Shown here: piece by piece, positions 52,282-64,000 of the stretch
Numbering within the stretch: position 1 is the first letter of the stretch
How the letters are laid out: each line of letters begins with the position of its first letter
Source: Vicugna vicugna
Taxonomy: Eukaryota
Length of the DNA stretch: 64,000 bases
Direction: 5' to 3'
NCBI GenBank assembly: GCA_013265495.1
Contig: MU058221.1
Location: 2,914,001-2,978,000, forward strand
The notes under the pieces: model-generated
The model's database searches: none
Seen by the model: the letters and a program-made list of their open reading frames with translations, nothing else
Told to the model about the DNA's origin: nothing
Program-made: the position numbers and the translations under genes

Positions 52282-52429
52282 TGAATAGTGACTCAAATAA
52301 ATAAACCAGGGAGACGAAATAGAGACTGATGGCCTCCTGGCTTCCCAGTTTGAACGTGCAATCTGTATGCTTCCTTTCTGCTTTGATGCCACGTTGTCAC
52401 AGCCACCATTACTACCAGGTGGCATTTAT

Positions 52430-52760
52430 CGTTCACTAGCTGCCAAAAGGATGCTGTCTGTTTTTTTCCCATTTTATCTCATTCTTCGCTTTTGACAATT
52501 TTTTTTAGGGAAAAAACTTAAAGCTGAGGGAATAATAACCTGCCTAACCTTACAAGGTTAATAAAAGGCAAACCCTACATTCAAATCCATGGTCTTCTGA
52601 TTTTTAAATTTGCATTCTTAACCAGTTTGGGCTCCCACATTAGCTCACTGGGTGTCCTTGGAAAATTTTTTCTTATTCTACATGTGTGATTTCCTTATTT
52701 TTTGTAAAAAGAGGGCATTAAATATGATGATCTTCGCTGCCTTCGTCCAGCTCTGACAGT
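52430..52760. mobile_element. Two adjacent MIR fragments in opposite orientation
   Basis: aaaacttaaagctgag...ttcaaatccatggtcttctga (-) then ctgggtgtccttggaaaa...ttccttattttttgtaaaa (+). Confidence 0.45.
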
Positions 52761-53819
52761 TTGTGATGGGCGTAATCCTTAAGAAGCAGATAAAAGGAAC
52801 AGAGTAGCCCAGTGGGGTCAGGGCCAGACAAGCACCGTGCCAAGCCCCACCTCCGCACCTGGTTAGCGTCCCCGCGGTGGTATGGCAGCGGTGACAGACC
52901 CTCTCGCAGGGCAGGGTGGAGACCCTTTGGCTACCCTAAAGGATTGCGCCTACTGGTCCTCGGTGGCTCTTGTCCCCATCAGTTCTGAAGTGTTAAACTA
53001 GGTCAGCAGATAAAATGTGAAGTTAGAAATTCATATTTTATTCTTTGCACTTTCTCTCTGCCCTCTGAATACCCCATGGCTTCCTAACATCCTTTTCAAT
53101 CTCTGGGTCCTCCTTTCCTACCCCATCGGCACCCAAAGGTCACTGACTTCTGAATATCATTCCAGGTGCTTCGCTGCTCCTGGTCTCTTGCTTCTGAACC
53201 CACACATTCTTCATCTTATTTGTGATTTCCCCAGGACTGTAAAGACAAATCCGACAGGCTAAGCAGGTTTTTCCAAAGAGTATGTACACCGATTATTAAA
53301 TTTGTTTTCCCCAAGAAAAAGAAGGTTCTGTCACCAGACAACTTTAAAAGAGACTAAATTAAACCTGCCTGCATTTGTTTCCTTATTGCAGAACTTCTCA
53401 AAGCCCTGAAAGTGCAAACGTGTCTAATTAAACTTCAAGAGGAGAACTGAGATAGATATCGTACTCTGGTTTTACTCAGGAGCCCTCTTTTCTCAAAGTA
53501 ACCTGAAGGAGCGAAGTACCATGGAGCACGTTTTGGAAAACGGTAAATTACAGGGTTCCCGTCAGGTGCCTAACTCGGTACGTGCACCTTTCCAAAACAC
53601 ACAGTGAAGTAGAAGCTTTCTTTAGAGCGTGGGGATAAGGTACCATGACTCCATACAGGAGAGCAGTCCATGAGGTTACCCGCTGTATTTTTTCCCACAC
53701 CTTCACGCATGGCAAAGATAAGGGAAAAAAAATTTTCTGAGTGTACTTCATTTTTACCTTCATTCTATGAGTGTATCTCCCCCCTCATCTTCACCATGAA
53801 TGTTAAGCTTTCCATTTTT

Positions 53820-54040
53820 TTGTATATATATTTTTATTGAAGTGTAGTCAGTTTACAATGTTGTGTGAGTTTCTGGTGGACAGCACAATGCTTCAATCAT
53901 ACATGAACATACCTATATTCATTTTCATATTCTTTTCACCATAAGTTACCGCAAGATATTGAATATAGTTCCCTGTGCTACGCAGTATGAACTTGTTGTT
54001 TACCTATCTTATAAATATTAGTATCTGCAAATCTCAAACT
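53820..54040 (-). mobile_element. L1 3' tail
   Basis: ttttattgaagtgtagtcagtttacaatgttgtg...atagttccctgtgcta...atctgcaaatctcaaact. Confidence 0.9.
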
Positions 54041-54049
54041 AAGCATTTG

Positions 54050-54640
54050 AATTTTGTCAATGTAACAGGTAAAAAAAAAACTCATGATAGTTTTCTTACA
54101 CGTTTATTAAGAGATTAAACATCTTTCATTTTTACGTTATTTACTATAAGCTGTATATACATATTATTTCTTTCCTTTACTGCTGTGTCTGGTGTGGTTT
54201 TCTTGTTGTTTTTATTCATTAAACTCTAAAATTTACCCACAATTTATTTTGGTTTTAGATGCGAGACAATAATCCGTTTTTTTCTCCAGGTGGCTACCAA
54301 ATTATCTCAATAAGAAATAATATATTATCCATATTGTCCTGACTAAAATCCAGCATATTTTGGGGCATTACTTCTAGATTTTCCAGTTGCACTGATGAGT
54401 TGGTCTGTTCATGTACCAGTATTACAGTGCCTCAATTATTTTAGCTCTGATTATATTTTGATATATTAATTTTCTAAGTTGTATTTATTTATAGTCATAT
54501 GAACTTCAGAATCATTTTCCAGTTACCAAAAATTACTGGCATTTTTATTTGGATTACATATATTTTTAGAATAATTTAGAGCTGATTGACACATTTGGAA
54601 TATCAAATCTTTTTATGCAAGAACAGAGTTATGTCAAATA
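54050..54640 (-). mobile_element. Ancient L1ME ORF2 remnant
   Basis: catgtaccagtattacagtgcctcaattatttt...catatgaacttcagaatca...ggcatttttatttggattaca. Confidence 0.55.
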
Positions 54641-55947
54641 ATAAAATTTTCATGATCAACATTTAAAAAAAAGTATTATTTGGCTTTTGCATGAAGCTTT
54701 TGCAAATTATAAATTAGTTACAAGCCTGACCTATACAAAGGTTCATGTAAATATTTGTACCAAAATTATCATCATAGTTGGAATTATTGTTTCTATCATA
54801 ATTTCTTGGATTACTTGGAGTTTGGTCTTAACCCAGATCTTGTTTTCATGGTTTATTTTTTAACGTTCCTGACCAACTATTTAACCAATAGATTATTTTC
54901 CGTAGATAGAAACTTACCTATAGAGAAAGGCGTGTCTTTAATAAAAGGGACAACTGTGGAAAATTCACGTATAAAGAGCAAATTAAAAATCATTACAAAC
55001 AAAACAAACAATTGAGAGATAGTTGATTATAATGGAAATTTGACTTGTAAAAATGTGAATCCCCGAAACCAGGACATGTTGGAGGCTTTTGGTTGGAATT
55101 TTAATCTTTGATTAATCCTAATTGATTACGAATGGCATCGAAAGGAAGTGAAATTGATTCTAAATGAAATAATGATTAATGTAATCTTAATCTGCTTATC
55201 TAATTAGAGCCAAACTCTTAATATTTGGTAATAGTTTTAAAGTTTCTGGGACATTGTCCAGTGTTGATCTGTTCATTAGCTGATAGATAAACTGATAGAT
55301 AGAAACTAAAATCTTTATTCTCCACTGGAGTCGTGCTCGATGGAGGGCAACAAACAAAATTCCTGACTGCTGAGATGTTGGGATGAGACTAAATATGCAC
55401 CAGAGGGAGGTCTGGCACCTGTGGGTTTAGCTCCCGGCAAAAAGTATTTCATATGCTCGGCCCATACGTGCTTGCTGGCTTGGGTGCATAAGACTTAACA
55501 CCCTCATAGCACCCTTGATGGCAACTTCTTTAATGACTGGTGTGGCACATCCATTGTTGGAGTTAGCCATAACCCGGTTCATTTTTCCTTTTCCTTTTCT
55601 GGATTCTGAACATGCTGAGAAGAGCAAAGAGTAAAACAGCTAAGATATTAAGATCAGTTTTACTCATGAAAAAGTATAAGGAAGAAGCATCTTGGTGTGA
55701 AAATCGTATGGATCATTTAATTGAACCCCAGGAAAAGTAGATTTTTCAAAGGACACAAAGGCTCCCAAAGACCACTGATGAGACTGGCCCTGAAGAAGAA
55801 GCCAGAAAGATTCCCTTTCTGAGGTTAACTCCTCCCAGTAAGAAGAAAGACTGAACTTCAGTAAGCATGCCAAATCATATTCGCCAACCTTTCCAGTCAG
55901 AAATATCTTCCACCTCCCCAAAGGTGAAGTGACTAAATGAACAGAGG

Positions 55948-56900
55948 TATATTTCAAAGAGCTCATACAACTCAATATCAAAAAGACAAACAACCAAAAC
56001 AAAAAATGGGCCAAAGATCTAAACAGATATTTCTCCAAAGAAGACATACAGATGGCCAATAGGCACATGAAGGTATGCTCAACCTTGCTAATTATTAGAG
56101 AAATGCAAATCAAAGTTATAATGAGATATCACTTCAAACCAGTCAGAATGGCCACCATCAAAAAGTCTACAAATAATAAATGCTGGAGAATGTGTAAAAG
56201 AAAGGGAACCCTCCTACACTGTTGGTGAGAATGTAATTTGGTGCAACTATGAAAACCACATGGAGGTTCCTCAAAAAACTAAAAATAGATGTACCATATG
56301 ATTCAGCCATCCCACCCCTAGGCATATATCCACAAAAGATAAAAACTCTAACTCAAAAAGATACATGTGCTCTGATGTTCATAGCAGCACTGTTTACAGT
56401 AGCCACAACATGGACACAACCTAAATGTCCATCAAGAGATGAATGGATAAAGAAGACGTGGTGTATATATAAACAATGGAATATTATTCAGCCATAAAAA
56501 ATGAAATAATGCCATTTGCAGTAGCATGGATGGAGCTAGAGATTATCATACTAAATGAAGTAAGTCAGACAGAGAAAGACAAGTATATTTTATCACTTAT
56601 ACATAGAACCTAAAAAACAGTACAAATGAACTTACAGAAACAAACTCAGACATAGACAACAAACTTATGGTTACCAAAGGGGAGGGGGAGATATAGTTAG
56701 GAGGATGGGATTAACAGATACATACCACCATATACAAAATAGATAAACAACAAGGATTTACTGTACAGCAGAGGGAACTACACACAACATTATTAATACC
56801 TATAATGAAAAAGAATCAAAAGAAAAGAATAACCTAATCACTTTGCTGCACAACTGAAACTAATACAATATTGTAAATCAACTATACTTCAGTTAAACAA
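55948..56900 (+). mobile_element. L1 ORF2 C-terminus plus 3' UTR (artiodactyl-type)
   Basis: [24 protein letters not shown]...QPKCPSRDEWIKK in ORF 56249..56497; ends ttgtaaatcaactatacttca. Confidence 0.92.
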
Positions 56901-57346
56901 TAATGTTTCTTCTATTTAGTTATGTATACAAGTTATGGATTGTTTTTGATGTCAAAAGCATACAACAGTAGGAATAAATCCATAACTAGAAGGAAAGGAA
57001 TTGATGAAATACTTAATTTGGACCAGACTCTTTAGCCGCCAGGCTCTGACCCGAGCAAGCGACAGATGTAGAGTGAGTGTGCTGTTGTGGTGCACGTCTG
57101 GGTGCGGGATGTACATCCTCACGTCCCAAAGTACATGCATTTATAGCTTTTCTGTTATCTTATTGATAACCTCTGATGCTGCTTCCTCTTTCAGCATTGC
57201 TTAACTAAATATAATCCTCTAATTATTTACATTATAGTTCCAACAGATACATTATTAAACATCACAGAGTGAAAAACTAGAAGATGAGAAGAGCCTTTCG
57301 CCACTTTTGTCGCAATAGGGATTTTTGGTAACCTGAAACTTAGCGT

Positions 57347-57570
57347 CTTTTTTTTTTTTTAATTGACGTACAGCTGATTTACAATGTTGTGTTAATTTCT
57401 GGTGCACAGCATAGTGATTCAGTTATACATATATCTGTATGTATTCCTTTTCATATTCTTTTTCATTGTAGGGCATTACAGAATATTAAATATAGTTCCC
57501 TGTGCTGTACGGTACGACTTTGTTGTTTATCTGTTTTATATACAGTTGTTAGTGTCTGCAGATACTAGGT
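57347..57570 (-). mobile_element. L1 3' tail
   Basis: Poly(T) then aattgacgtacagctgatttacaatgttgtg...atagttccctgtgctgtac. Confidence 0.88.
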
Positions 57571-58012
57571 TCTTGTTCTTAAATGCAAGGTCAACATTCT
57601 TCCGGTTTCTGCACGCTTGAGTCAGGGTTTGAAGACGCCTGGCTGAGAATGGTTTACGGCGTCTGGGGATTCCCTTCAGCTCCAGTTGTAAGGCTCCACT
57701 TTCAATCAGTCAGCTCGGGGAACATTCTCTGCTCAAGTTTCCCTGGCACCGTTCTGTCCAGGTTTGTGAGGCTTGCGGGTAACTGCGCAGGTGCAAAGTG
57801 AAGTTAGAGGATTCGTTACTGTGGCTGCGAGAAATAAAGTCAATTGGTCATAAAATCACAGGTAACTTGGTTTTCCTCTGTGCCTCTCACATCCATCCAG
57901 TTTGTCTAGTTTACCTGGGACAACTGCCACAAAATGTCTCTAGTTTTCTCACGTGAAGGTTGAAGCTTGTGCACAGGATTCTACTGTGAATCCTTGTATA
58001 GTGAAAAGACTA

Positions 58013-58216
58013 AAAAACACATTTCTACTGTACAGCACAAGCAAATATACTCAATATCTTGTAGTAACCTATAATGAAAAGACTATGAAAAGGAATATGT
58101 GCATTATATATATGACTGAAGCATTAGGCGATACAACAGAAATGGACACAATGTTGTAAACTGACTCTACTTCAGTAAAATAAATAAACTGATAAGTAGA
58201 TTTTTAAAAAAAGAAA
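58013..58216 (+). mobile_element. L1 3' tail
   Basis: ctactgtacagcac...tcaatatcttgtagtaacctataatg; TSD gaaaagacta at 58003-58012 and 58217-58226. Confidence 0.88.
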
Positions 58217-58249
58217 GAAAAGACTACAAGAAGAAGACTCCGATGGGTG

Positions 58250-58360
58250 CAGTGTGAATCCCAGCCCACCGCAAGCCCTGCCGTGTGTATGAGGTGACCT
58301 TCAGCCAATCACGGCCCCTTCGTGGGGTCAGCTTCCTCGTCTATAACATGAAAGGGTCAA
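58250..58360 (+). mobile_element. MIR fragment
   Basis: gtgtgaatcccagc...gtgaccttcagccaatcac...tcagcttcctcgtctataacatg. Confidence 0.5.
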
Positions 58361-59184
58361 AGAGCACCTTTATGAGCATTTCCACCACCGAGGCTAATAA
58401 TACATTTCTTCCGATAGAGTCAACATCTTGATTTCTGATTTGTTTATTTTTACTTTTTAAAGAACGATTTACATGGTTTCTCATTACTGAATATAAAACG
58501 TGGTCCTTCAGAGACAGAAAAAGAAATTCCACCGTAATTACTGTTTACCTGCTGTGGGGGCAGGGAGAAAAGAAAAGCATTTGTAAGAATTCCAAGAGAG
58601 TGAGCAGTTTTGTTTGCATCTTCCTTTTCTTCCTCCTCCTCCATCTCTTCCTCCTCCATCATGACTCGATGTCTAAAAACCTGGAAATGGTGTCAGTCTT
58701 TCCCTGTCTTGGAAATTTCTTACTTACCATGCACTTGTTAAATTCATCGAGGTCTTTGCTATTTTGACAAGAGATATTTAGGCTGCTCGCCAGAGTACTC
58801 GCCAGAGTACACAAATGACAACTTTAGGCAGGTTTACAGCTTCTTCGTGGAAGGACAACATCTTTTGATGGTACTTTGGGAGACAGAGGCTGTGCTTCTA
58901 CCATGGTTCTTAATGATGCTGACAGTGTAAAAGGGGCCACAGAAAGTTCACCACTGCTCCTAACCCTGGCGTGTGCCACACCTGGCTGTCTGGCTGAAGT
59001 AAGATCCATTAGCTGGAGGAGGTCATCCTTCTTGAAGTCCTTGAAGTCTGCCTCTACAAAATACCTCATTACAGCACTTCAGGGTAGGACTCTGAGTGCC
59101 AGAAGACAGGGAAGTTGGGCCAGGGAGTCACACTTAATTTGGAAATGTCTTCCTGTGTTGAGAATGTTGTCTAATCATTGTACC

Positions 59185-59447
59185 GAGGGGGAAAGGAGTG
59201 GGAAGAATAAATTGGGAGTTTGAGATTTGCAGATACTGACTATTATATATAAAACTGATAAATAACAAGTTTCTACTGTATAGCACAGCAAACTATATTC
59301 AATTGTTTTATAGTAACATAAAATGAAAAAGAATCTGAAAAGGAATATATGCATGTGTATGTATGACTGAAACATGATGCTGTACACTGGAAATTGACAC
59401 AACACTGTAAACTGACTATCCTTCAATAAAAAAGAATGCAAAAAAAA
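59185..59447 (+). mobile_element. L1 3' tail (5'-truncated)
   Basis: gggggaaaggagtgggaagaataaattgggagtttgagatttgcagatactg...cttcaataaaaa. Confidence 0.9.
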
Positions 59448-60630
59448 TTTTGATTGGAAAGTACTCATGCTGCTTAACACACAGGGCCAGAAATCCCAAA
59501 TGCACTGCGAAGTCCAGGCCAGTCCCATATATCAAAGAACAGCCCTGCTCGCCGTGCCCAGGAACACCTGCTTTAAGAGATCTTGAACATGGTCATTTAG
59601 GTTTACTGGATCTTGACATTGTACCTCAGTGACTATGTTGGCTTGCCTTGAGGAAACTTGGCATTAACCCTAATGAAAAAAGATGCCTTTAGATTTCCTG
59701 TCAGTCTCTCTTTTTTTCCTTCAAAATAATCCCAATGTCTTTGATCGTTGAAGCAACATTGGGAGAGTAGATGGACCCATTCACATCTCCAGGACGTGAC
59801 CAAGGAACCCAGCACCTCCCACATGGCCACCAGGTGAAGTCCTCTCACTTCAGTGCTGTCAAACTGGCCACCTTGCAGAATTCACACAGTGCGGCATAAG
59901 AGATTGAAATATAGCCTGTTCATTTCATGGGTTCTTTACAAGCATCATTGCAGAGATACGTAAAGATGAATCAAGCATAAAGGCGGTGGAGTCTGACCTT
60001 TGCCATGTGCTGTTTCTATGCATGGCAGGGTGGTACTACCCACGTTGGGTGGCAAAGTCTCTGTGGCGCCCATCTCAGGTCTAATTAATCCATGAGAAAA
60101 TTCACCAATTTAGGTTCTTCCTGGATTGGCATCTAAATCAGGGTTTGGTTCATAGCAAAGAAATGACTCTCAATCTTTTAGACAGGAGGAACTTAACTCG
60201 AGGTTGTTACAGGTCAATAAAGCTAAGAAACCACACTGGCGACGGGACTTAGACATTATCAACTGGCAAAAAGCTGCCATGAACCCTAGAGCAAGAGGAC
60301 AACAGGGTCATCTGGTAAGAACTGGAGGGTGCTGATGATGACATCGGAGTACGGATGCTGGAGATGGAGGAAATGCAGCCAATTCCAGAACACGTCACGA
60401 GGGGGGGGGGGAAATGCCCCGACTTTGCCCTCTCCCAGGCTCTTTAATCTTGCACCATTGCCTCCTGTTCCATAATCAAACTTACCTGGAAACTAGAAGG
60501 AGGCAACTTGGAAGTATAATTTCCTGTGATACAGAGCTGAGCAGGGGAAGGCGAGGGTGGATAAAAGAGAGTATTGGCACGGTGTATAAAATAAGTGAGT
60601 GATTTCTTGGGCAATTTGAAGGAAAATCAC

Positions 60631-61090
60631 TGTGGTAAGCAAAAGAATGCTCCCCAGAGAGGTCCCTGTCCTAGTCCCCAGAAGATGTAAAGATGTCATC
60701 TTTAACGGCAAAAGGGACTTTGCAGACGTGATTAAGTTGAGGATCTCGAGATGGGGAGTTTACCCTGGACTATCCAGTTGGGCTCGGTAGAATCACTCGT
60801 GCCTTTTAAGAAGACAGGCGTGTCCACTCAGGAGGAGATTTGATGGTGGAAGCAGAGGATGGAGGGATGGGTTTAAAGACAGAGGCAAGGGCCACAGTTG
60901 AAGGAACGTAGGTGGCCTTTAGAAGCTTCCCTTTTCCAGTCAAGGAAGCAGGTTTTGCCCTTGAGCCTCCAGAAGGAATGTATCTCTGCAGACACCTTGA
61001 TGTTAGCTCATTAAACCCATTCAAGACTCCTGACCTCTAGCACTGTAAGATAATAAATTTGTATTGTTTTAAGCCGGTTTGTGGTAACCA
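60631..61090 (+). mobile_element. MaLR LTR (MLT1D-like)
   Basis: tgtggtaagc...ggcaaaagggactttgcagacgtgattaagtt...gagcctccagaaggaa...ctgtaagataataaatttgtattgttttaagcc. Confidence 0.9.
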
Positions 61091-62177
61091 AGTAAGTTTG
61101 CTCATTTCATCCTTTGGAAATGTGCTCTTTCCAAGAACTCCCTTCTGTCCCCCAGATGCATGTCCTTCACAGAGTCTGAAAATCCACCCTCTTTTACCTA
61201 TTTTTCCATTCCCTAGCAGGTATGAATGAAGGGTGTAGGGGATGCTCAGGCTGGGACACTTCATAAACGAATACTGAAGTCAAGTATTCACTGACTTGAC
61301 TTTTTTCTTTCACCCTGTAATTGAAGTGCATTTATTCTCCCCCCCCATCAATATAAAATAAAATAATTGCCCAATTAGCAAGAAATTATTTTGGGAACGA
61401 CTAATTTGAGCATCTGTTAAATCTGTACCTAACACTTTGCTCTGTCACCTGGAATTAAAAAAATTAAATGTCAAAAAAAGATGTGAGAAGGACTTGCCTT
61501 GACGAGGCCAGCATTTCCGAAGCAGATTGAAGCCGGAAGAAAATGACATTCTGCTCTGTCGAGACTGGTGTGATACGTGGCAAGGGGCAGGGGATCTACT
61601 TGGACAGCCCAGGATCCGAGTGAACCCAAAGAGCATGGCCGTGTTTCGCTCCCAAGCACTGCTCCGCAACCACGCCCGCGTGGTAAAGATGTGAAGCAGC
61701 TGCTGTCTCAGATTTGGGTGGTATCCGGGCTCTCAACTTCCTTCCTCCGGTCCTGATGACTGCTGATCCCAAGTGACAACGCCTAGCAAGTTTGCTGACA
61801 GCCTGGGCGTCATGATTAGGTGTGGAAAGTGGAAACACTGCTCTCTGTTTTCCTGCTAGCTTTGGGAAATGGGCAGTGACTAGACCTCTTCATTACAGAA
61901 AAAGAAAAAAAAAGTGGAACTGAGCTTGCTAACTGATGTTAAAGAGAGCAGGGATTCCTGTAAAACTTTTCGTTCTTTCATATAAGGGCAAAATGACTTC
62001 ATTGTATTCTTTTATTTACAGATTTAAGGGGCAAATAAACCTTCTCTGACTCCTTTTCTCCATCCCTGCACCTTTCTATCCCATTTTCCTCCAGACCTCT
62101 GGCAAAAAGAAAGCCCTTTGTTTCGTGTTTCTGAGAGTGGATTTTGCCTTCTCACTTCATCGTGGCTTTAAGGTTTT

Positions 62178-62682
62178 AGTTACCAGAGAGTAGGTTCTTG
62201 CCTTGTTGCAGAAAGAATTCAGAGATGAGACAAGAAGGTCAAGAAAGCAAAGCAAGGTTTATTATTAGGGGATAGTTGCTCTCAAGGGGAGAGCGGACAG
62301 ACTCCGGAGTAGCTGCATTGAGTTTCCCTGGCAAGTTGATTATATGGGCTGTGAAAATGTATGGATGGAATATTCGTTGAGGAGGGAGGGGGTTGGGGTC
62401 CTATTTCCTGATTCTCACCCCAGCTCCATCTTCCGGAGGGAAGGAGGCATTTTTGTCCTTATTTTGTCTTGATCGGAAGTATCATGGTGTTGGTGCGTGA
62501 TGGTTACTTCTTATTTGTAAGGTTAATTTTGGTATAATGAGCATTCCATGAGGCTCAAACTCCAAGAGAAGTTGTATCTTCTGCCATCTTGGGCCCAGTT
62601 GGTTCTGATCAGTTTATGTCTTATCCTCAATGGCTGTGTCATTCTTTTAACAGTTCTGCCCTGCCCCTAGCCTCCTATCTCA
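62178..62682 (-). mobile_element. ERV1-class solo LTR
   Basis: (a)gttacc...ctatctca termini with a 4-bp TTTT TSD (62174-77, 62683-86); minus-strand TATA-like motif near 62340 and AATAAA at 62258-62263. Confidence 0.75.
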
Positions 62683-62834
62683 TTTTGACCTTCAATCTCA
62701 TGTCAGTGATGATCCCCTCAGATACAGTTTGAATGAGATATAGCTTGTTTTTCTGGAGGTTTGATAAGGAATATGTTTGGAGATGATGTAGTTGGAAAGA
62801 ATAGTATTACACATAAGGACAAGACTCTCAATCT

Positions 62835-63155
62835 TTTTTTTAAAAAGTTTTAACATTTTTTTAATTGAGTTATAGTCATTTTATAATGTTGTGCCAAATT
62901 CCAGTGTAGAGCACAATTTTTCAGTTATACATGAACATGTATATATTCATTGTCACATTCTTTTTCACTATGAGCTACCACAGATCTTGTATATATTTCC
63001 CTGTGCTACACAGTATAATCCTGTTTATCTATTCTGCATATGCCTGTCAGTATCTACAAATTTTGAAATCCCAGTCTTTCCCTTCCCACCCTCCGCCCCC
63101 TTGGCAACCACAAGTTTGTATTCTATGTCTGTGAGTCTGTTTCTGTTTTGTCTTT
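62835..63155 (-). mobile_element. L1 3' tail
   Basis: ttttaattgagttatagtca...ccctgtgctacacag...ggcaaccacaagtttgtattctatgtctgtgagtctgtttctgtttt. Confidence 0.9.
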
Positions 63156-63174
63156 AAATTGTGGGTCCACAGCT

Positions 63175-63340
63175 GGCATTTCACTTCAGCCTCAGCTTCC
63201 TCATCTATATAATACAGACAATAATATCTGCGCTTAATTCATAGACCTAGTCTGTGAAATTAATGCTGAATTGGATGGAAAGTGCTTTAAACTTTACCTG
63301 GCACATAATGAATTCTTCATAGTTCCAGTTACGTTCAGTA
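63175..63340 (+). mobile_element. MIR SINE 3' half
   Basis: agcctcagcttcctcatctatataat...gaaagtgcttt...cctggcacataatg. Confidence 0.7.
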
Positions 63341-63529
63341 TTTTTATTCTTAAAGGACAGAAGCAATCAGAATGGAGGAGATGCGGGCATCAAGCACAGA
63401 TGTTGACTTTATAGGTTGATGAGGGGAAGTGTCTTCTGTTCCTTTGCCATTATGTCTGTTCTTTATCTTTAATCAGCCACTGCTCAGGGCTCAGAGCTTC
63501 TCTAATACAGTCTTTCCCTGGGTAGCAGA

Positions 63530-63655
63530 GTGGGCTCGGAATGGTTGCATGAGACTAGAATTCTAGGCAGTACCTACTATCCTACGATTTAGGTGTAAGA
63601 CTTTGGGCAAATTACGTCCCCTTAGGACTTCACTTTTCTTCATTATAAACAAATT
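63530..63655 (+). mobile_element. MIR fragment
   Basis: gagactagaattctagg...actttgggcaaattac...cttcacttttcttcattataaa. Confidence 0.5.
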
Positions 63656-64000
63656 CTAGCATTTTTTGACTTCAGAAGTATATTAAGTCTGGACAATAGA
63701 AATCTAAACATGATTTCTTTTCTTTATTTAATTTCTAGGCAAATAGTTAAAGGTTTCATTTTATTAACAGATGTAACAGGCCAAGTTCTGTTAAGTAATT
63801 CAATTGATTTTTTTTTCTTCTTAGTTGTTCAATGGTGCTATTGAATTGCAATATTGACTGCTTTTTTTTTTTTTTGGATCATTTGGATGCTCAATGCCAG
63901 TGATTAACTTTATTTATTCTATAACATTTCCTCCAGGGAAATATCTTTTAATAGCAGCTCTAATCTACATGACCTTGGATATGGTGATATAAATTTAGAA

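Noticed and set aside
58450..58662. Acidic ORF MMEEEEMEEEEEKED
   Set aside because: Translation of a (TCC/TTC)n low-complexity tract; the rest of the ORF runs through a polypyrimidine tract.
1..64000. CRISPR array, prokaryotic operon, intact provirus or other multi-gene system
   Set aside because: No regularly spaced repeats, no long ORFs and no gag/pol/env; the whole window is consistent with mammalian non-coding DNA.

Overview
This is mammalian non-coding genomic DNA, almost certainly from a camelid (camel, llama or alpaca lineage). The assignment rests on four tRNA-derived vic-1-type SINEs and about 14 copies of a lineage-typical L1 3' tail. I found no credible protein-coding exon or RNA gene, and no prokaryotic-type system (CRISPR, operon). 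The only real protein-like ORFs are decayed L1 ORF2 fragments. The window is an intergenic or intronic mosaic of L1, L2, MIR, MaLR/ERVL/ERV1 solo LTRs, a Tigger1 deletion derivative and microsatellites, with several unique blocks carrying transcription-factor motif clusters and orphan splice signals. The most unusual structure is a 301-bp segment (1163-1463) copied, apparently without mismatch and inverted, into an older L1 tail 2.2 kb downstream (3707-4007). It has 2-bp microhomologies at both junctions, consistent with a recent templated insertion that creates a potential inversion substrate. Repeat family names come from recalled consensus features, not a database search, and boundaries without a TSD are approximate.
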